From Kiritimatiellia bacterium (GTDB lineage Bacteria > Verrucomicrobiota > Kiritimatiellia > RFP12 > UBA1067), in assembly GCA_050949565.1 (NCBI GenBank), contig JBMNFY010000007.1, positions 32,001-96,000 on the forward strand: a DNA stretch of 64,000 bases. The letters run 5' to 3'. A program made the position numbers and the translations under genes. How positions within the stretch are numbered: position 1 is the stretch's first letter; each line of letters opens with the position of its first letter. Positions 30,746 through 42,162 of this stretch are shown piece after piece. Below the pieces are notes generated by a model. It saw only the letters and a list, made by a program, of their open reading frames with translations, was not told the origin of the DNA and made no database searches.

Positions 30746-32446
30746 GTGACTTCTAACGACGATTATGTGCTGCAGCTTCTACTAGAGCAAGGCTATGTGA
30801 CGGCCGACCAGATTGATGCGGTCGTGGGTTCAATCAGGCAGGAGGGCGAAACCTCGCTTGATATTTTGGTCCAAACGGGGGTCGTCTCTGAAGATGACGT
30901 GCTGGCCTTGGTTGCCGCGCAATTCGGTCTCGACTATGTGCACGTGAATGTAGACGCCATTGATCCGGCCGTCGTGGACCGGGTACCCAGTTCGGTCGCG
31001 CGCAAGTATGGCGTTGTTCCGGTCCTGGCCGATGAGGTGTCAGTGACCGTGGCGCTAAGCGATCCGATGGCGTACGATACCATCGACAGTCTGCGTTATG
31101 TGCTCAAGACTGACGTGCAGGCGGTGGTTGCGCCGCGCAGCGAAGTCAGAGAGGCGATGAACACTCTCTATCCCGAAGAGTTCGAAAGCATCTTCGGGGA
31201 GGACGATCCCAGTATTGACGTTGAGGAGAAGAAGACGGGCGACGATGGCTCGGACGCTAAAGACTCGGACGCCCCAGTCATTCGCCTCGTTAGTTTGCTC
31301 CTGACCGAGGCGGTCAAAATGCGTGCATCCGACATTCATCTGGAGCCGATGGAGCGTCATTTCCGTGTGCGTTACCGTATTGACGGCGTGCTGCGCGAGG
31401 TGGAGCGTCCGCCCAAACGCCTGCAGGCGGCGATCATCAGCCGCGTCAAGATCATGTCCAACATGAAGATCTCGGAAAAACGCGTGCCGCAGGACGGCCG
31501 TATCCAGATCAAGGTGCAAGGCCGCGATCTTGACCTGCGTGTCTCGTCGGTGCCGACCAACCACGGCGAGAGTATCGTCATGCGTATCTTGGACAAGAGC
31601 AATCTTGCGCTCGGCTTGCCCCAGCTCGGGTTCCTGTCGGATGACCAGAACAAGTTCGAGCGGCTGATCGGTCTGCCGGACGGCGTGCTGCTGGTGACCG
31701 GTCCGACCGGTTCCGGTAAGACCACTACGCTCTACGCGTGCTTGGGTCAGATCAACCTGCCGGATCGTAAGATCATCACCGTGGAAGACCCCGTGGAATA
31801 CCAGATGTCCGGCATCAATCAGGTGCAGGTGAACAGGGACGTGGGGCTTGACTTTTCGGCAGCGTTGCGTTCGATTTTGCGTCAGGCCCCGAATATTGTG
31901 ATGATCGGTGAAATTCGTGACCACGAAACTGCGGACATCGCAATGGAGGCAGCGCTGACCGGTCACTTGGTTTTCAGCACGCTGCACACCAATGACGCTC
32001 CCAGCGCCGTGACGCGTCTGTTGGACATCGGGGTTAAACCTTTCTTGGTTGCGTCCGCCTTGCGCGCGGCGATGGCGCAGCGCTTGGTGCGCTCGATTTG
32101 CGATAAGTGCCGCGCGGAGTATGTGCCGACGGAACGAGAGCTGAAGATGCTCGGGGCAATCTCCCAGAACGCCAAGTTCTCAACGACGTCAACCATGTAC
32201 AAGGGCAAGGGATGCGCGAGTTGTTCCCAGAGCGGCTACAAGGGACGTAAAGGTATTTTTGAAATTTTCCAGATTGACGATTCGATCCAACGCCTGATCT
32301 TTGATCAAGCGCCTGCCACGGTGTTGCGTACCCGCGCGCGAGAGATGGGCATGCGGACGTTGCGTGAGGATGGAATGTTAAAGGTTGCCTCGGGCGTGAC
32401 CACGCTTGAGGAAGTGTTGCGGGCCACAATGGGAGATGCAGACTGA
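30746..32446 (+). CDS. GspE/PilB family assembly ATPase
   Basis: GTG start after AGGAG; [43 protein letters not shown], Cys4 motif. Confidence 0.93.
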   Translation: MTSNDDYVLQLLLEQGYVTADQIDAVVGSIRQEGETSLDILVQTGVVSEDDVLALVAAQFGLDYVHVNVDAIDPAVVDRVPSSVARKYGVVPVLADEVSVTVALSDPMAYDTIDSLRYVLKTDVQAVVAPRSEVREAMNTLYPEEFESIFGEDDPSIDVEEKKTGDDGSDAKDSDAPVIRLVSLLLTEAVKMRASDIHLEPMERHFRVRYRIDGVLREVERPPKRLQAAIISRVKIMSNMKISEKRVPQDGRIQIKVQGRDLDLRVSSVPTNHGESIVMRILDKSNLALGLPQLGFLSDDQNKFERLIGLPDGVLLVTGPTGSGKTTTLYACLGQINLPDRKIITVEDPVEYQMSGINQVQVNRDVGLDFSAALRSILRQAPNIVMIGEIRDHETADIAMEAALTGHLVFSTLHTNDAPSAVTRLLDIGVKPFLVASALRAAMAQRLVRSICDKCRAEYVPTERELKMLGAISQNAKFSTTSTMYKGKGCASCSQSGYKGRKGIFEIFQIDDSIQRLIFDQAPATVLRTRAREMGMRTLREDGMLKVASGVTTLEEVLRATMGDAD

Positions 32447-33531
32447 TGAGTACAGATATCAACATGAACGATTTGTTACAGGTAACGGTTAATGAAGGAT
32501 CTTCCGACCTGCATATCCGCGTGGGTGTGCCGCCGATGCTGCGTATTCACGGCTCGCTGACACCTTTGGACAGTCCGCCGCTTACCGCCGAAGACACCGA
32601 GACACTGGCGCGCTCGATCATGGCGGAGGACAAGCAGCAGGAGGTGGAGCAGTGCGGCGGCGCGGACTTCTCTCTGCCGTTTGGCGATCTGGCCCGTTTC
32701 CGTGTGAGTGTCTTCAAGGAGCGTGGCAACTACGGCATTGTGCTGCGCCAGATCCCGAACAAGCTACTGACGTTGGAGCAGATCGGTCTGCCGGAGCAGG
32801 TCAAAGAACTGCTGTTCAAGCCCCGCGGACTGATCCTGGTGACCGGCCCTACCGGTTCCGGTAAAACCACGACGCTGGCGTCGATGATTGATATCATCAA
32901 CCAAGAGCGTGACGTGCACATCATCACGGTGGAAGACCCGATCGAATATTACCACCCGCATAAAAAATCGGTGGTGACCCAGCGCGAGATCGGCCATGAC
33001 GTGCCTACCTTCGCCGAGGCCATCCGCCGCGCGCTGCGCCAAGACCCGGACGTGATATTCGTCGGCGAAATGCGTGACTTGGAAACCATGCAGGCCGCGA
33101 TCACGGCTGCGGAAACCGGCCACTTGGTCTTCGCGACTCTGCATACCACCGGCGCTTCCGCGACGGTCGACCGTATCGTGGACGCCTTCCCCATTGACCA
33201 ACAGGAGCAGGTTCGCACGCAGCTTTCGGTGGGTTTGGTCGCGGTGATCTCGCAGTTGTTGCTGGCGCGCGTGGATAAGCCCGGACGCGTTGCGGCGTTT
33301 GAGATTATGATCTCGACGCCGTCGATCCGCTCGCGCATCCGCGACAACAAAACCTTCCAAATCAACTCCGACATCCAGACCGGTGCGAAGTACGGCATGA
33401 TCTCGCTCGATTCGCACTTGATGAGCCTTTATCTGGGCGGACTGATTTCGTATGACGATCTGGTGACGAAGTCGCAGGATCCTGACACGTTGGTCCAGAA
33501 GCTGAAGGAAGAGTTGCAGACAAGGAGGTAA
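32446..33531 (+). CDS. pilT: Type IV pilus retraction ATPase
   Basis: [41 protein letters not shown]; SRIRDNK equivalent of the AIRNLIRE motif. Confidence 0.93.
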   Translation: MSTDINMNDLLQVTVNEGSSDLHIRVGVPPMLRIHGSLTPLDSPPLTAEDTETLARSIMAEDKQQEVEQCGGADFSLPFGDLARFRVSVFKERGNYGIVLRQIPNKLLTLEQIGLPEQVKELLFKPRGLILVTGPTGSGKTTTLASMIDIINQERDVHIITVEDPIEYYHPHKKSVVTQREIGHDVPTFAEAIRRALRQDPDVIFVGEMRDLETMQAAITAAETGHLVFATLHTTGASATVDRIVDAFPIDQQEQVRTQLSVGLVAVISQLLLARVDKPGRVAAFEIMISTPSIRSRIRDNKTFQINSDIQTGAKYGMISLDSHLMSLYLGGLISYDDLVTKSQDPDTLVQKLKEELQTRR

Positions 33532-33534
33532 GGC

Positions 33535-35256
33535 ATGTCGGGAGAAACTTTGGCACCGGTCACGCCGGCGTATGACCCTTTGCTTGATCTGGTGGTCAGC
33601 AATGGGATCATCGATCTGGAGCAGGCCGATGAATTGCGCGGGGATCAAGCGAACACAGGACGTCCGATCCGGCAACTGCTGGTCGACAACGGCTTTGTGA
33701 GCGAAGATGATCTGCTGGGAATGATGGCAGCCTATCAGGGATGCGATGTCGTTGACCTCTCGGTTATGGCTCTGGATCCCGAGGTGATCCAGAGTATTCC
33801 AGCCAGTGTCGCCCGCATGTATAGCGTCCTGCCGATCTATGCAACGGCCGGGACCGTCACGCTCGCCACGTCGAATCTGGTCGATCCACATGTGATGGAT
33901 GAGCTTATGTTCGTCCTGACCAAGGACGTACAGTTCGCAATGGCGCGCCAGAAGGATGTGGCGGACCTCGTCAAGGAACACTACGGGGATGAAAGCGCGT
34001 CGGTTTCCGACATGCTCAACAGCTTGGAGTCTGACCTGACGCTGGATACCTCGCTGGATGTGGACGAGACCGACGATAAGAGTCTGGAATCAGCGGCTGC
34101 GGCTGCCCCGGTCGTGCGGTTCGTAAACCTGGTGTTGTACCAGGCCGTGACGGACCGGGCCTCTGACATTCACTTCGAGCCGTTCGAGACCGATTTCAAG
34201 ATCCGCTACCGCGTAGACGGCGCGCTGTACGAGATGTCGCCGCCGCCGCGCCGTCTGGCGCTGCCGATCATCTCGCGCATCAAGGTCATGTCCGGTCTGA
34301 ACATCGCCGAACGCCGGGTCCCGCAGGACGGCCGTATTGCGTTGACCGTGGCGGGCCATCAGGTGGACCTGCGTGTGTCGTGTTTGCCCACCGCCCATGG
34401 CGAAAGCGTGGTGTTGCGTGTGCTCGACCGTAGCGCGGTCTCGCTCGACATTGAAAACATTGGGTTGCCTGAAGATATCTACGAAGTGTTGACGATGGAC
34501 ATCGAGAAGCCCAACGGCATCATTGTCGTGACGGGGCCGACCGGTTCCGGCAAGACCACGACGCTCTACTCCTGCCTGCGGCGTATTAACTCGGTCGAGT
34601 CTAAGCTGCTTACGGCAGAGGAGCCCGTCGAGTATGATATGGACGGCATCGTTCAGGTACAGATCAATCCCAGCGCCGGTAACACCTTTATCAAGGTGCT
34701 GCGCGCCTTCCTGCGTCAAGACCCTGACATTATCATGATCGGCGAAATTCGTGACTTGGAAACCGCCGAGATTGCGGTGCAGGCGTCGCTGACCGGCCAC
34801 TTGGTCTTCAGTACGTTGCACACCAACGACGCAGCCGGCGCGGTGACGCGGCTGATCGATATGGACGTCGCGCCGTATCTGATCGCCTCGACTTTGGAGG
34901 CAGTGCTGGCGCAACGGTTGGTGCGTACGATCTGCCTGAACTGCAAGGAGGGGTATGTGCCGGATGACGATACGTTGGAACGCATGGAACTCAAACGTCA
35001 GGATGTCGGCGATCGCTCGTTTTACTACGGTCGCGGATGCTCCAAATGTAACGGAACCGGCTACAAAGGCCGGAAAGGCGTGTTTGAGTATCTGCGCGTG
35101 AGTGATCCGATCCGCGATCTGATCAACGAGCGGCGGCCGACCCTGTTCATCCGTGAACGCGCGCGTGAATTGGGCATGCGTACCATGCGTGAGGACGCCA
35201 TCCGTAACGTGCTGGACGGCTACACGACGGTCGATGAGATTTTGCGTTACACGTAA
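33535..35256 (+). CDS. Second GspE/PilB family assembly ATPase
   Basis: ASDIHFEP, PQDGR, Walker A, LRQDPDIIMIGEIRD, Cys4 motif. Confidence 0.93.
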   Translation: MSGETLAPVTPAYDPLLDLVVSNGIIDLEQADELRGDQANTGRPIRQLLVDNGFVSEDDLLGMMAAYQGCDVVDLSVMALDPEVIQSIPASVARMYSVLPIYATAGTVTLATSNLVDPHVMDELMFVLTKDVQFAMARQKDVADLVKEHYGDESASVSDMLNSLESDLTLDTSLDVDETDDKSLESAAAAAPVVRFVNLVLYQAVTDRASDIHFEPFETDFKIRYRVDGALYEMSPPPRRLALPIISRIKVMSGLNIAERRVPQDGRIALTVAGHQVDLRVSCLPTAHGESVVLRVLDRSAVSLDIENIGLPEDIYEVLTMDIEKPNGIIVVTGPTGSGKTTTLYSCLRRINSVESKLLTAEEPVEYDMDGIVQVQINPSAGNTFIKVLRAFLRQDPDIIMIGEIRDLETAEIAVQASLTGHLVFSTLHTNDAAGAVTRLIDMDVAPYLIASTLEAVLAQRLVRTICLNCKEGYVPDDDTLERMELKRQDVGDRSFYYGRGCSKCNGTGYKGRKGVFEYLRVSDPIRDLINERRPTLFIRERARELGMRTMREDAIRNVLDGYTTVDEILRYT

Positions 35257-35275
35257 GAGAGTAAAGAGAGACGGT

Positions 35276-36196
35276 ATGGAAAACGTTGTGATCATTGGAA
35301 GCGGCCCGGCAGGACTGACGGCAGCAATCTATGCGGCTCGGGCCAGTTTGAATCCTATTGTGATCGAGGGGATGCAGCCGGGCGGTCAGCTCACGCAAAC
35401 CTCAGATGTCGAGAACTTCCCCGGGTTTGAGGATCCGATTACGGGTACAGAGCTCGTCACCGCCATGCGCAAGCAAGCCGAGCGTTTGGGTGTACGCTAT
35501 ATGATGGATGAAGTCACGGGATGTGACTTTTCGGGTGAAACCAAAAAGCTCTCGCTGATGGTCGGCGACATGCTGGAAACCCGCACCGTGATTATAGCGA
35601 CTGGCGCTAGTGCTCGTTATCTGGGGCTCGATTCGGAACAAAAACTAATCGGCAAAGGCGTCTCGGCCTGTGCCACGTGCGACGGCGCGTTTTTCAAAGG
35701 ACGCCCCGTGGCGGTCGTCGGCGGCGGTGACACGGCGATGGAGGAGGCCCTCTATCTGTCGCGCATAGCATCGCATGTGACCGTCATCCACCGCCGCGAC
35801 GAGTTCCGCGCGTCCAAAATTATGGCGGATCGCGTACTCGCCGCGCCGGCCATCGACGTGCGCTGGGATTCGGTGGTTGAAGAGGTGCTGGATGTCGCCA
35901 AGGGCGAGGTCACCGGTCTGCGCCTGCGTAACGTCAAGACCCAAGCGATTGACGACCTGCCCGTCGAGGGTGTGTTCATGGCGATCGGACACATACCCAA
36001 TACGGCAGCCTTCGACGGCCAGTTGGAACGCGACGACGAAGGTTACATCGTTACGGAGAACACGCGCACGTCAGTGCCCGGCGTGTTCGCTGCGGGCGAT
36101 GTTCAGGACCGCCACTACAAGCAGGCGGTCACGGCGGCGGGAACAGGCTGCATAGCGGCGTTGGAGGCCGAGCGGTTCCTGGTCACACACGGATAA
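35276..36196 (+). CDS. trxB: Thioredoxin reductase
   Basis: IIGSGPAGLTAA, ENFPGF, CATCDG, VVGGGDTA, FAAGDV. Confidence 0.96.
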   Translation: MENVVIIGSGPAGLTAAIYAARASLNPIVIEGMQPGGQLTQTSDVENFPGFEDPITGTELVTAMRKQAERLGVRYMMDEVTGCDFSGETKKLSLMVGDMLETRTVIIATGASARYLGLDSEQKLIGKGVSACATCDGAFFKGRPVAVVGGGDTAMEEALYLSRIASHVTVIHRRDEFRASKIMADRVLAAPAIDVRWDSVVEEVLDVAKGEVTGLRLRNVKTQAIDDLPVEGVFMAIGHIPNTAAFDGQLERDDEGYIVTENTRTSVPGVFAAGDVQDRHYKQAVTAAGTGCIAALEAERFLVTHG

Positions 36197-36197
36197 T

Positions 36198-38180
36198 ATG
36201 GCTGAGTTTTTCGACAGAGAGTATACGGCCCGGGAAGCGTACGGACGTCTCTACCAGTATGCCCGGAAATACCGCGGACGCCTGTTGGTCGGCCTGCTGG
36301 CCGGCCTTGTCACGGCCGGTTCGTGGGTGCCGATCTTTCAAGTCATTCAGCCGGTTTTAAGGCAAGTACAACGGGCCGATGAGCGAAGCCACGGGATCAT
36401 GCCCGCCGCTCAAGAGGCCCCGCCTGCAAGCCCCGCGCCGCCGCATGCTACGCTTGATGACGACCTGAAGGATCTGATCAAGCAGGATATCGCCGGCGCA
36501 CGCGATGGCAAACGTGAAGTCGCGTTGCCCGCTTGGTTCGACAAAGCGGAGAGTTACGCCAACCGTTTGGGCATCACCTTTCGCGACGCGCAGGGCCACA
36601 TGACCGGCCAATTGCTGATGCTGACGCTCTTCGTAGTGCCGCTCGTGATGCTGCTGAAGATGGTCGCGATGTACATGAACAACTACTTCCTGCGCTGGAC
36701 CGGTGCCAAGGTGGTGCAGGATTTCCGCGTGGCCATGTTCCGCCATCTGCAATCTCAAGGGTTGCATTTTTTTGGGCGGACCGATGTCGGGCAGTTGATG
36801 AGCCGTTGTACCAACGATCCGCAGCAGGTGGATCATGTGATCTCGCATACGCTGGCGGATCTGTGTCGCGCGCCTTTTGAAATTCTCGTGGCGGTCGGGT
36901 ATGTGATCTACTTCGCCATCAAAAACAACATGCTGGAAACCTTGGTGCTGGTGCTGTTCGGGTTCCCGTTGATTCTGTTGCCGATGGCGGTCTTGGGTTC
37001 GCTGGTGCGCCGTTGGTCGCGCAGGGCCCTGCACCGCATCTCGTTCATCTCCTCGAAGATCCATGAAAATCTGACCTGCATCCGTGTGGTGAAGGCCTAC
37101 CATACCGAAGAATACGAGATTGAGAGATATCGGAAAGTCAATCAGCACTATGTGAAGAGTGTGCTGCGTGCGCTGCGGATTGAGTTACTGATCACGCCTT
37201 CGGTGGAGTGCGTAGGCATTTTTCTGATCTTCGTCTTCGTGATCTACTGCTTCTTCCGCAAGATCGCGATTCATGAAATCGTGCCGCTGCTCGTGCCGTT
37301 CTTCGTGGCCTACCGGCCGATGAAACAACTCGGCAAGGTGCAGGCCCAAATTGAGCGGGGACGCGCGGCGCTGACCCGCATGTTTTCACTGTTGGATACG
37401 GATTTCAGTCTGCCGCTGGCGGCGGATCCGGTGCGCAAGGCGAGCTTTGATGACCGCGTGCGCTTTGACCACGTTGATTTCCGTTATGGCGAAGGACCGG
37501 AACTGACCATCAAAGACGTATCATTTGAGATCCCGCTCGGATCGGTCGTCGCGGTGGTCGGCGGCACCGGCTCAGGCAAAACCACGCTCGCCAACTTGCT
37601 GGCCCGCTTCTACGATCCGGTTGCGGGTTCGGTCTCCATGGACGGCATCGATATGCGCCAGCTCGATATCGGCGATTTGCGCAGCTTGATCGGCGTGGTG
37701 ACGCAGGAAACCGTGCTGTTCAATGACACGATCGCATTCAACATCGCCTATGGTACGCCGGATGCCACGCGCGAGCAGATCATCGCAGCCGCCAAGTTGG
37801 CGAACGCGCATGACTTCATCATGGCGCAGCCCGAAGGCTACGACCGCGTAGCAGGCGAAAAGGGATTTGCTCTGAGCGGCGGCGAACGGCAGCGCGTGGC
37901 GATCGCGCGCGCGATTCTCAAAAATCCGCCGATCCTGATTCTGGACGAAGCGACCAGCGCGCTGGACACGGTGACCGAGCGTCTGGTACAGGATGCAATT
38001 AACAAGCTGATGGCGAACCGCACGACGTTTGCAATTGCGCACCGGCTGAGCACGATCCGCAACGCCGATCTGATTTTAGTGCTGGACAAGGGCCGCATCA
38101 TCGAGCGCGGGACACATGAGCAGCTCTACACGGCGTCCGGAGCGTACCGGAAGCTGTGCGATATGCAGATGCTGGCGTGA
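36198..38180 (+). CDS. ABC exporter, fused permease/ATPase (MsbA-like)
   Basis: N-terminal TM helices; GGTGSGKTT, LSGGERQR, ILDEATS, IAHRLST. Confidence 0.92.
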   Translation: MAEFFDREYTAREAYGRLYQYARKYRGRLLVGLLAGLVTAGSWVPIFQVIQPVLRQVQRADERSHGIMPAAQEAPPASPAPPHATLDDDLKDLIKQDIAGARDGKREVALPAWFDKAESYANRLGITFRDAQGHMTGQLLMLTLFVVPLVMLLKMVAMYMNNYFLRWTGAKVVQDFRVAMFRHLQSQGLHFFGRTDVGQLMSRCTNDPQQVDHVISHTLADLCRAPFEILVAVGYVIYFAIKNNMLETLVLVLFGFPLILLPMAVLGSLVRRWSRRALHRISFISSKIHENLTCIRVVKAYHTEEYEIERYRKVNQHYVKSVLRALRIELLITPSVECVGIFLIFVFVIYCFFRKIAIHEIVPLLVPFFVAYRPMKQLGKVQAQIERGRAALTRMFSLLDTDFSLPLAADPVRKASFDDRVRFDHVDFRYGEGPELTIKDVSFEIPLGSVVAVVGGTGSGKTTLANLLARFYDPVAGSVSMDGIDMRQLDIGDLRSLIGVVTQETVLFNDTIAFNIAYGTPDATREQIIAAAKLANAHDFIMAQPEGYDRVAGEKGFALSGGERQRVAIARAILKNPPILILDEATSALDTVTERLVQDAINKLMANRTTFAIAHRLSTIRNADLILVLDKGRIIERGTHEQLYTASGAYRKLCDMQMLA

Positions 38181-38278
38181 GGCGTGGCATGGGCGTCCCG
38201 CCCATGAGACACGCGGGCAGGATGCCCGTGCCACATCTGCGATCAGGCAGACGGGGACGGTAGGGGAGGGAGAACGAG

Positions 38279-39901
38279 ATGGGGAAGCACAAGGGGAATC
38301 TTGAGTCGCGCATTTTCAGGGCGGGGGGCTTCGTCCTGATCGCGCATATCTTGTTCAAACTGGCGGGGTTGATTCAGGCGAAGGCCATGGGGCACTACCT
38401 GCCGCAGACGACATTTGATGTCGTCTACGCCTTCGCTTTTGAGAACTGCATCTTCATGTTATTCCTGATCGGCGAGGAGGTGCTGGGGCCGGCATTCTTG
38501 CCGGTCTTCATGCGCGAATTGGACATCGAGTCAGAAAAAAGCGCTTGGTCGTTCGCTAACACTGTCCTAACCTTGCAGTTCATCTTGCTCGTCATCGTGG
38601 CGTGCGCATTGTGCCTCGCGCCGTCACTAGCCGTCAACGTGCTGACACATTGGCGGCCGGATTCCACTCCGGAGAAATATGCGTTGGCGACACAAAGCGT
38701 TCGAACGTTGGCGCCAGCTTTGATCGGCTTGTCGCTGGGCTCGACAACCTACGTGCTGCTCAACAGCTACAAGCGTTTCTTTCTAGCGGCCTTCGGTGAT
38801 GCCGTGTGGAAATTCGCAGTGGTGTTTTTCCTGGTCATTGGCGCGATGTTTGCGTACGACAGCGCGCAGGTGCTGATGTGGGGGCTCGTCGCGGGGTCGT
38901 TGTGCAAGGTCGGTACGCACCTCTTCGGCCTGCGCGATAAACTGCACCACTTCCGTCCCGAGCTTGCGTTCTCGCATCCGGCCTTCAAGCGTTTCTGTTG
39001 GTTGGCACTGCCGCTGCTGGCCGGAATTCTGATGGCCAAGGTCCGCGATACGGTGAATAGCGTTTACCTGTTGAGCGCTCTGGATCAATCCGGACTGATG
39101 CAGGCCAACTCGATGGGACGCAAGTTACAGAGCACGTTGCTTTTCCTGATTCCCTATACGCTGTCGATCGCGGCCTTTCCCTTCTTCTGCGAGCTGGTTG
39201 ACAGAAATGACCACCAAAAGCTCGGCGAATTGGTCACCCGCTTTGGGCGTATGCTGCTCTCGGTGTTTGCGCCTTTCTCCCTGTTTGTCGCTGTGGCTGC
39301 CGTGCCCTTCACTTCATTGATTTTCAGGGGTGGGCACTTCGATGCGGTGGCGGTGCAGCGGACGGCGGTCTCGCTCGCCTGCTACACCCTTGTGCTCCCT
39401 GCTGCCGCGATCGAAGCGCTGGTGATGCAGGCTTTTTTCGCCAACCGCCGCATGCTGGCGGTCACGCTCATCGGCATCCTTTTCTCTTCGTTCAGCATCT
39501 TGGTTAGTTGGGTGGGGCTCAAGGTGAGCGGCGGACACGACTTGCTGCTGCTCGCATTCATCGCGGGCGGGTTCACGCTTTCACGCACATTCAAAAGCGT
39601 GGCATTGGTGGAAATGCTCAAGAAAAACGCGCCGGTTTTCCCGTTTCGCCAGACAGTGGCCTTTCTGCTTCGCGTGGGGCTGGCCGCTGGTTTGGCGTCC
39701 GGGCTGAGTTGGCTGCTGCTGGAGCGGGTGCCGATGATCGCCGACCTGCACGGGCGGACGGGCGACCTGATCAAGCTATCCGTCGCAGGGGCGGCGTTCG
39801 GTCTGGTCTATCTCATTGCCGCCTACGCACTGCGCATCAGTGAAATCCATGAACTGTTCACGTTGCTCTGGAAGGGTCGGCGTCGCCCGAGCCCGAGTTG
39901 A
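38279..39901 (+). CDS. murJ: MurJ/MviN-like lipid II flippase
   Basis: About 14 TM helices; GEEVLGPAFLPVF resembles the MurJ EG-L--AF-PV motif; RGGHFD; AFFA. Confidence 0.75.
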   Translation: MGKHKGNLESRIFRAGGFVLIAHILFKLAGLIQAKAMGHYLPQTTFDVVYAFAFENCIFMLFLIGEEVLGPAFLPVFMRELDIESEKSAWSFANTVLTLQFILLVIVACALCLAPSLAVNVLTHWRPDSTPEKYALATQSVRTLAPALIGLSLGSTTYVLLNSYKRFFLAAFGDAVWKFAVVFFLVIGAMFAYDSAQVLMWGLVAGSLCKVGTHLFGLRDKLHHFRPELAFSHPAFKRFCWLALPLLAGILMAKVRDTVNSVYLLSALDQSGLMQANSMGRKLQSTLLFLIPYTLSIAAFPFFCELVDRNDHQKLGELVTRFGRMLLSVFAPFSLFVAVAAVPFTSLIFRGGHFDAVAVQRTAVSLACYTLVLPAAAIEALVMQAFFANRRMLAVTLIGILFSSFSILVSWVGLKVSGGHDLLLLAFIAGGFTLSRTFKSVALVEMLKKNAPVFPFRQTVAFLLRVGLAAGLASGLSWLLLERVPMIADLHGRTGDLIKLSVAGAAFGLVYLIAAYALRISEIHELFTLLWKGRRRPSPS

Positions 39902-40141
39902 TGACTTAGCCGATCATCCAGGCTGTACCACCGCTCGATCGAGACCCTTGTCCGTGTGTTCAGTGTATTCCGTGGTTCCCAAACCCCGAGCCATGCCCCT
40001 CCCACAAAAACCTTCGTGCCCCTCGCGTGAGAAAAAAATGAGCAACACCCCCCTGTCACCAACCGATTACACCCCACGCTAAATCATTCTTGGTTGTGTA
40101 GATAATATGTGCTACGGTGTAACCACGAAATGGGGAGTCCT

Positions 40142-40327
40142 ATGGCGAAATGTTCATTAACAGCGTTTGTCGAGCGTGAGGGAGACGGTTTTGTTTCCCT
40201 CTGTCCCGAACTGGACATTGCCAGTCAGGGAAAAACGGTTGAAGAGGCTGCGGCTAACTTGCGGGAGGCTGTTGAACTCTACTTGGAGTGTGCTGATGCA
40301 CAAGAAATTAAATTAAGAGCCGTTTAG
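40142..40327 (+). CDS. Short HicB-family antitoxin (no HicA partner; possibly truncated)
   Basis: EREGDGFVSLCPELDIASQGKTVEEAAANLREAVELYLE. Confidence 0.8.
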   Translation: MAKCSLTAFVEREGDGFVSLCPELDIASQGKTVEEAAANLREAVELYLECADAQEIKLRAV

Positions 40328-40341
40328 AAAAGGATGAACGT

Positions 40342-40572
40342 ATGGCTACGAAGATCGAAGCTCTGGAAACAAAAGTACTGGAACTGGGAATCGAGGATAG
40401 GGCTCGTTTGGCCGAGAAACTCATACTCAGCCTAGACGCGCCAGAGGAAGAGGAGAACCTGCGCCTGTGGGTTGCAGAAGCCGAGCAGCGGCTACATCAA
40501 CTTCGGGCTGGCAAAGCCACAGAGATACCTGCGCGCGATGTGTTTCGCCGCGCGAGGGCTGCGCTTACATGA
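40342..40572 (+). CDS. Addiction-module antitoxin component
   Basis: 76 aa; LGIEDRARLAEKLILSL...W--EAEQR; overlaps the ParE-like gene. Confidence 0.85.
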   Translation: MATKIEALETKVLELGIEDRARLAEKLILSLDAPEEEENLRLWVAEAEQRLHQLRAGKATEIPARDVFRRARAALT

Positions 40573-40865
40573 AGCGTGTGACCTTCCACGAGGATGCAGA
40601 CGCCGAACTGATCGAGGCGGCTCGCTACTACGAGGCAAGAACGCCGAGCCTGGGGCTGGCACTCTTGCTTGATATTGAGGATGCTGTCGAGCAGATTCAG
40701 GCCAACCCAGAGGCGTTCCCGTTGGTCGGTACGGAAGTGCGACACAAGTTGCTGCGGCGGTTCCCGTACAGCGTCATGTATGCTATTGAACCCGACCGTA
40801 TACGTGTCGTGGCTGTCGCTCACCAGCGACGGCGACCTAGTTACTGGCTTCACCGTTTGACCTGA
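40569..40865 (+). CDS. RelE/ParE family toxin
   Basis: FHEDADAEL, LRRFPYSVMY, VAVAHQRRRPSYW; ATGA overlap with antitoxin. Confidence 0.88.
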   Translation: MKRVTFHEDADAELIEAARYYEARTPSLGLALLLDIEDAVEQIQANPEAFPLVGTEVRHKLLRRFPYSVMYAIEPDRIRVVAVAHQRRRPSYWLHRLT

Positions 40866-40953
40866 AACACCTGTTCCTGTTTGAGCGTGAGTTTCCAGAT
40901 CTCCGGCAACGACGTTGTGACCGAGGTGCTAAAGTCGTACAGAGGAGAGTGAG

Positions 40954-42162
40954 ATGCAGCTGATTTCAAACAACAAAACTCTTGTTAAGACGCTTGTTCG
41001 ATTGATCAATAGTTATACGGATATCTCATTTGCTGTCGCTTGGGCAACCGCAAATCACAAAATCTTCTCTCTGCTAAAGGAGAATTCTTCGAAGATTTCA
41101 CGAGCGGTAATTGGGATCCACTTTTACCAGACCCATCCAGAGGTTCTAAAATCTTTCAAAGAATCAGAAAACGTGCGATTCATCTTTCAAACAGAAGGCG
41201 TATTCCACCCGAAGATCTACCTGTTCAAGTCGAAACATAAATGGGAGGCCATAATTGGTAGCGCAAATTTGACAGCAGGAGCGCTTGGCCGTAATGCAGA
41301 GGCCGTAATATTGATCGGGGGAATGTTAGATGCAGCGAGCGGAATGCCAATTGAGCTAGACAAGCTGATCGAAAGCTACTGGAACGAAGCGAGATCGGCT
41401 AATTCCCATGATGTCGTCGCGTACCAAGCGGTTTGGACAGAACGGCAGCCCGTTATCAAAAGGCTGTCAGGAAAATACGGGGCGGGCAAGGCATCGAAGA
41501 CGGTAATTGAGTCATCTGTAATGACAATGGCGTGGCCGCAGTACTACCAAGCCGTTACCAGAGACAAGCATCACGGCTTTGAGGGTAGATGTGAATTGCT
41601 AAAGGTCGTATCGGCAGCATTCTTAGATTATGACTCGTTTATGGAAATGACGTTGCCGTTGCGAAAGACTATAGCCGGCCTTCCAAACGATAAGGAGAGC
41701 CATTGGGGCTGGTTCGGAAGTATGCGGGGGGCTGGGCACTACCATCAAGCAGTTAACGAAAATAACGCGCACCTTTCAGCTGCGCTTGATGAAATCCCCC
41801 TTCGCGGCATAATCACAAAACGGGAATATGACTCCTACATAAAGAAGTTCATTCTCGCCTTTCCAAACGGACGGCATGGCGTTGGAATTGCGAGCCGTTT
41901 GCTTGCGATGAAAAGACCGGATCAATTTGTTTGTCTCAGTTCAAAAAACAAAAGAGGTCTGTGTAAGGATTTCGGAATAACGCAGTCGAAAATTGACTAC
42001 GACTTCTATTGGGAGGAATTTATTGAGCGGATACGAGACGCCCCTTGGTGGAAATCCGATGAGCCAGAGGAAAAATCTGAAAGAGGGGTGTGGCTTGGAA
42101 GAGCGGCAATGCTTGATGCAATATTCTACGAGGGAAAAGAAATCAAACCCGACGAACCATGA
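40954..42162 (+). CDS. PLD-fold (NgoFVII-like) nuclease-domain protein with unknown C-terminal domain
   Basis: AVAW, FHPKIYLF, IGSANLT...NAEA; AT-richer than host. Confidence 0.8.
   Translation: MQLISNNKTLVKTLVRLINSYTDISFAVAWATANHKIFSLLKENSSKISRAVIGIHFYQTHPEVLKSFKESENVRFIFQTEGVFHPKIYLFKSKHKWEAIIGSANLTAGALGRNAEAVILIGGMLDAASGMPIELDKLIESYWNEARSANSHDVVAYQAVWTERQPVIKRLSGKYGAGKASKTVIESSVMTMAWPQYYQAVTRDKHHGFEGRCELLKVVSAAFLDYDSFMEMTLPLRKTIAGLPNDKESHWGWFGSMRGAGHYHQAVNENNAHLSAALDEIPLRGIITKREYDSYIKKFILAFPNGRHGVGIASRLLAMKRPDQFVCLSSKNKRGLCKDFGITQSKIDYDFYWEEFIERIRDAPWWKSDEPEEKSERGVWLGRAAMLDAIFYEGKEIKPDEP

Noticed and set aside
40142-40327. Complete HicAB system
   Set aside because: No HicA ORF adjacent; the next genes form a separate antitoxin-ParE pair.
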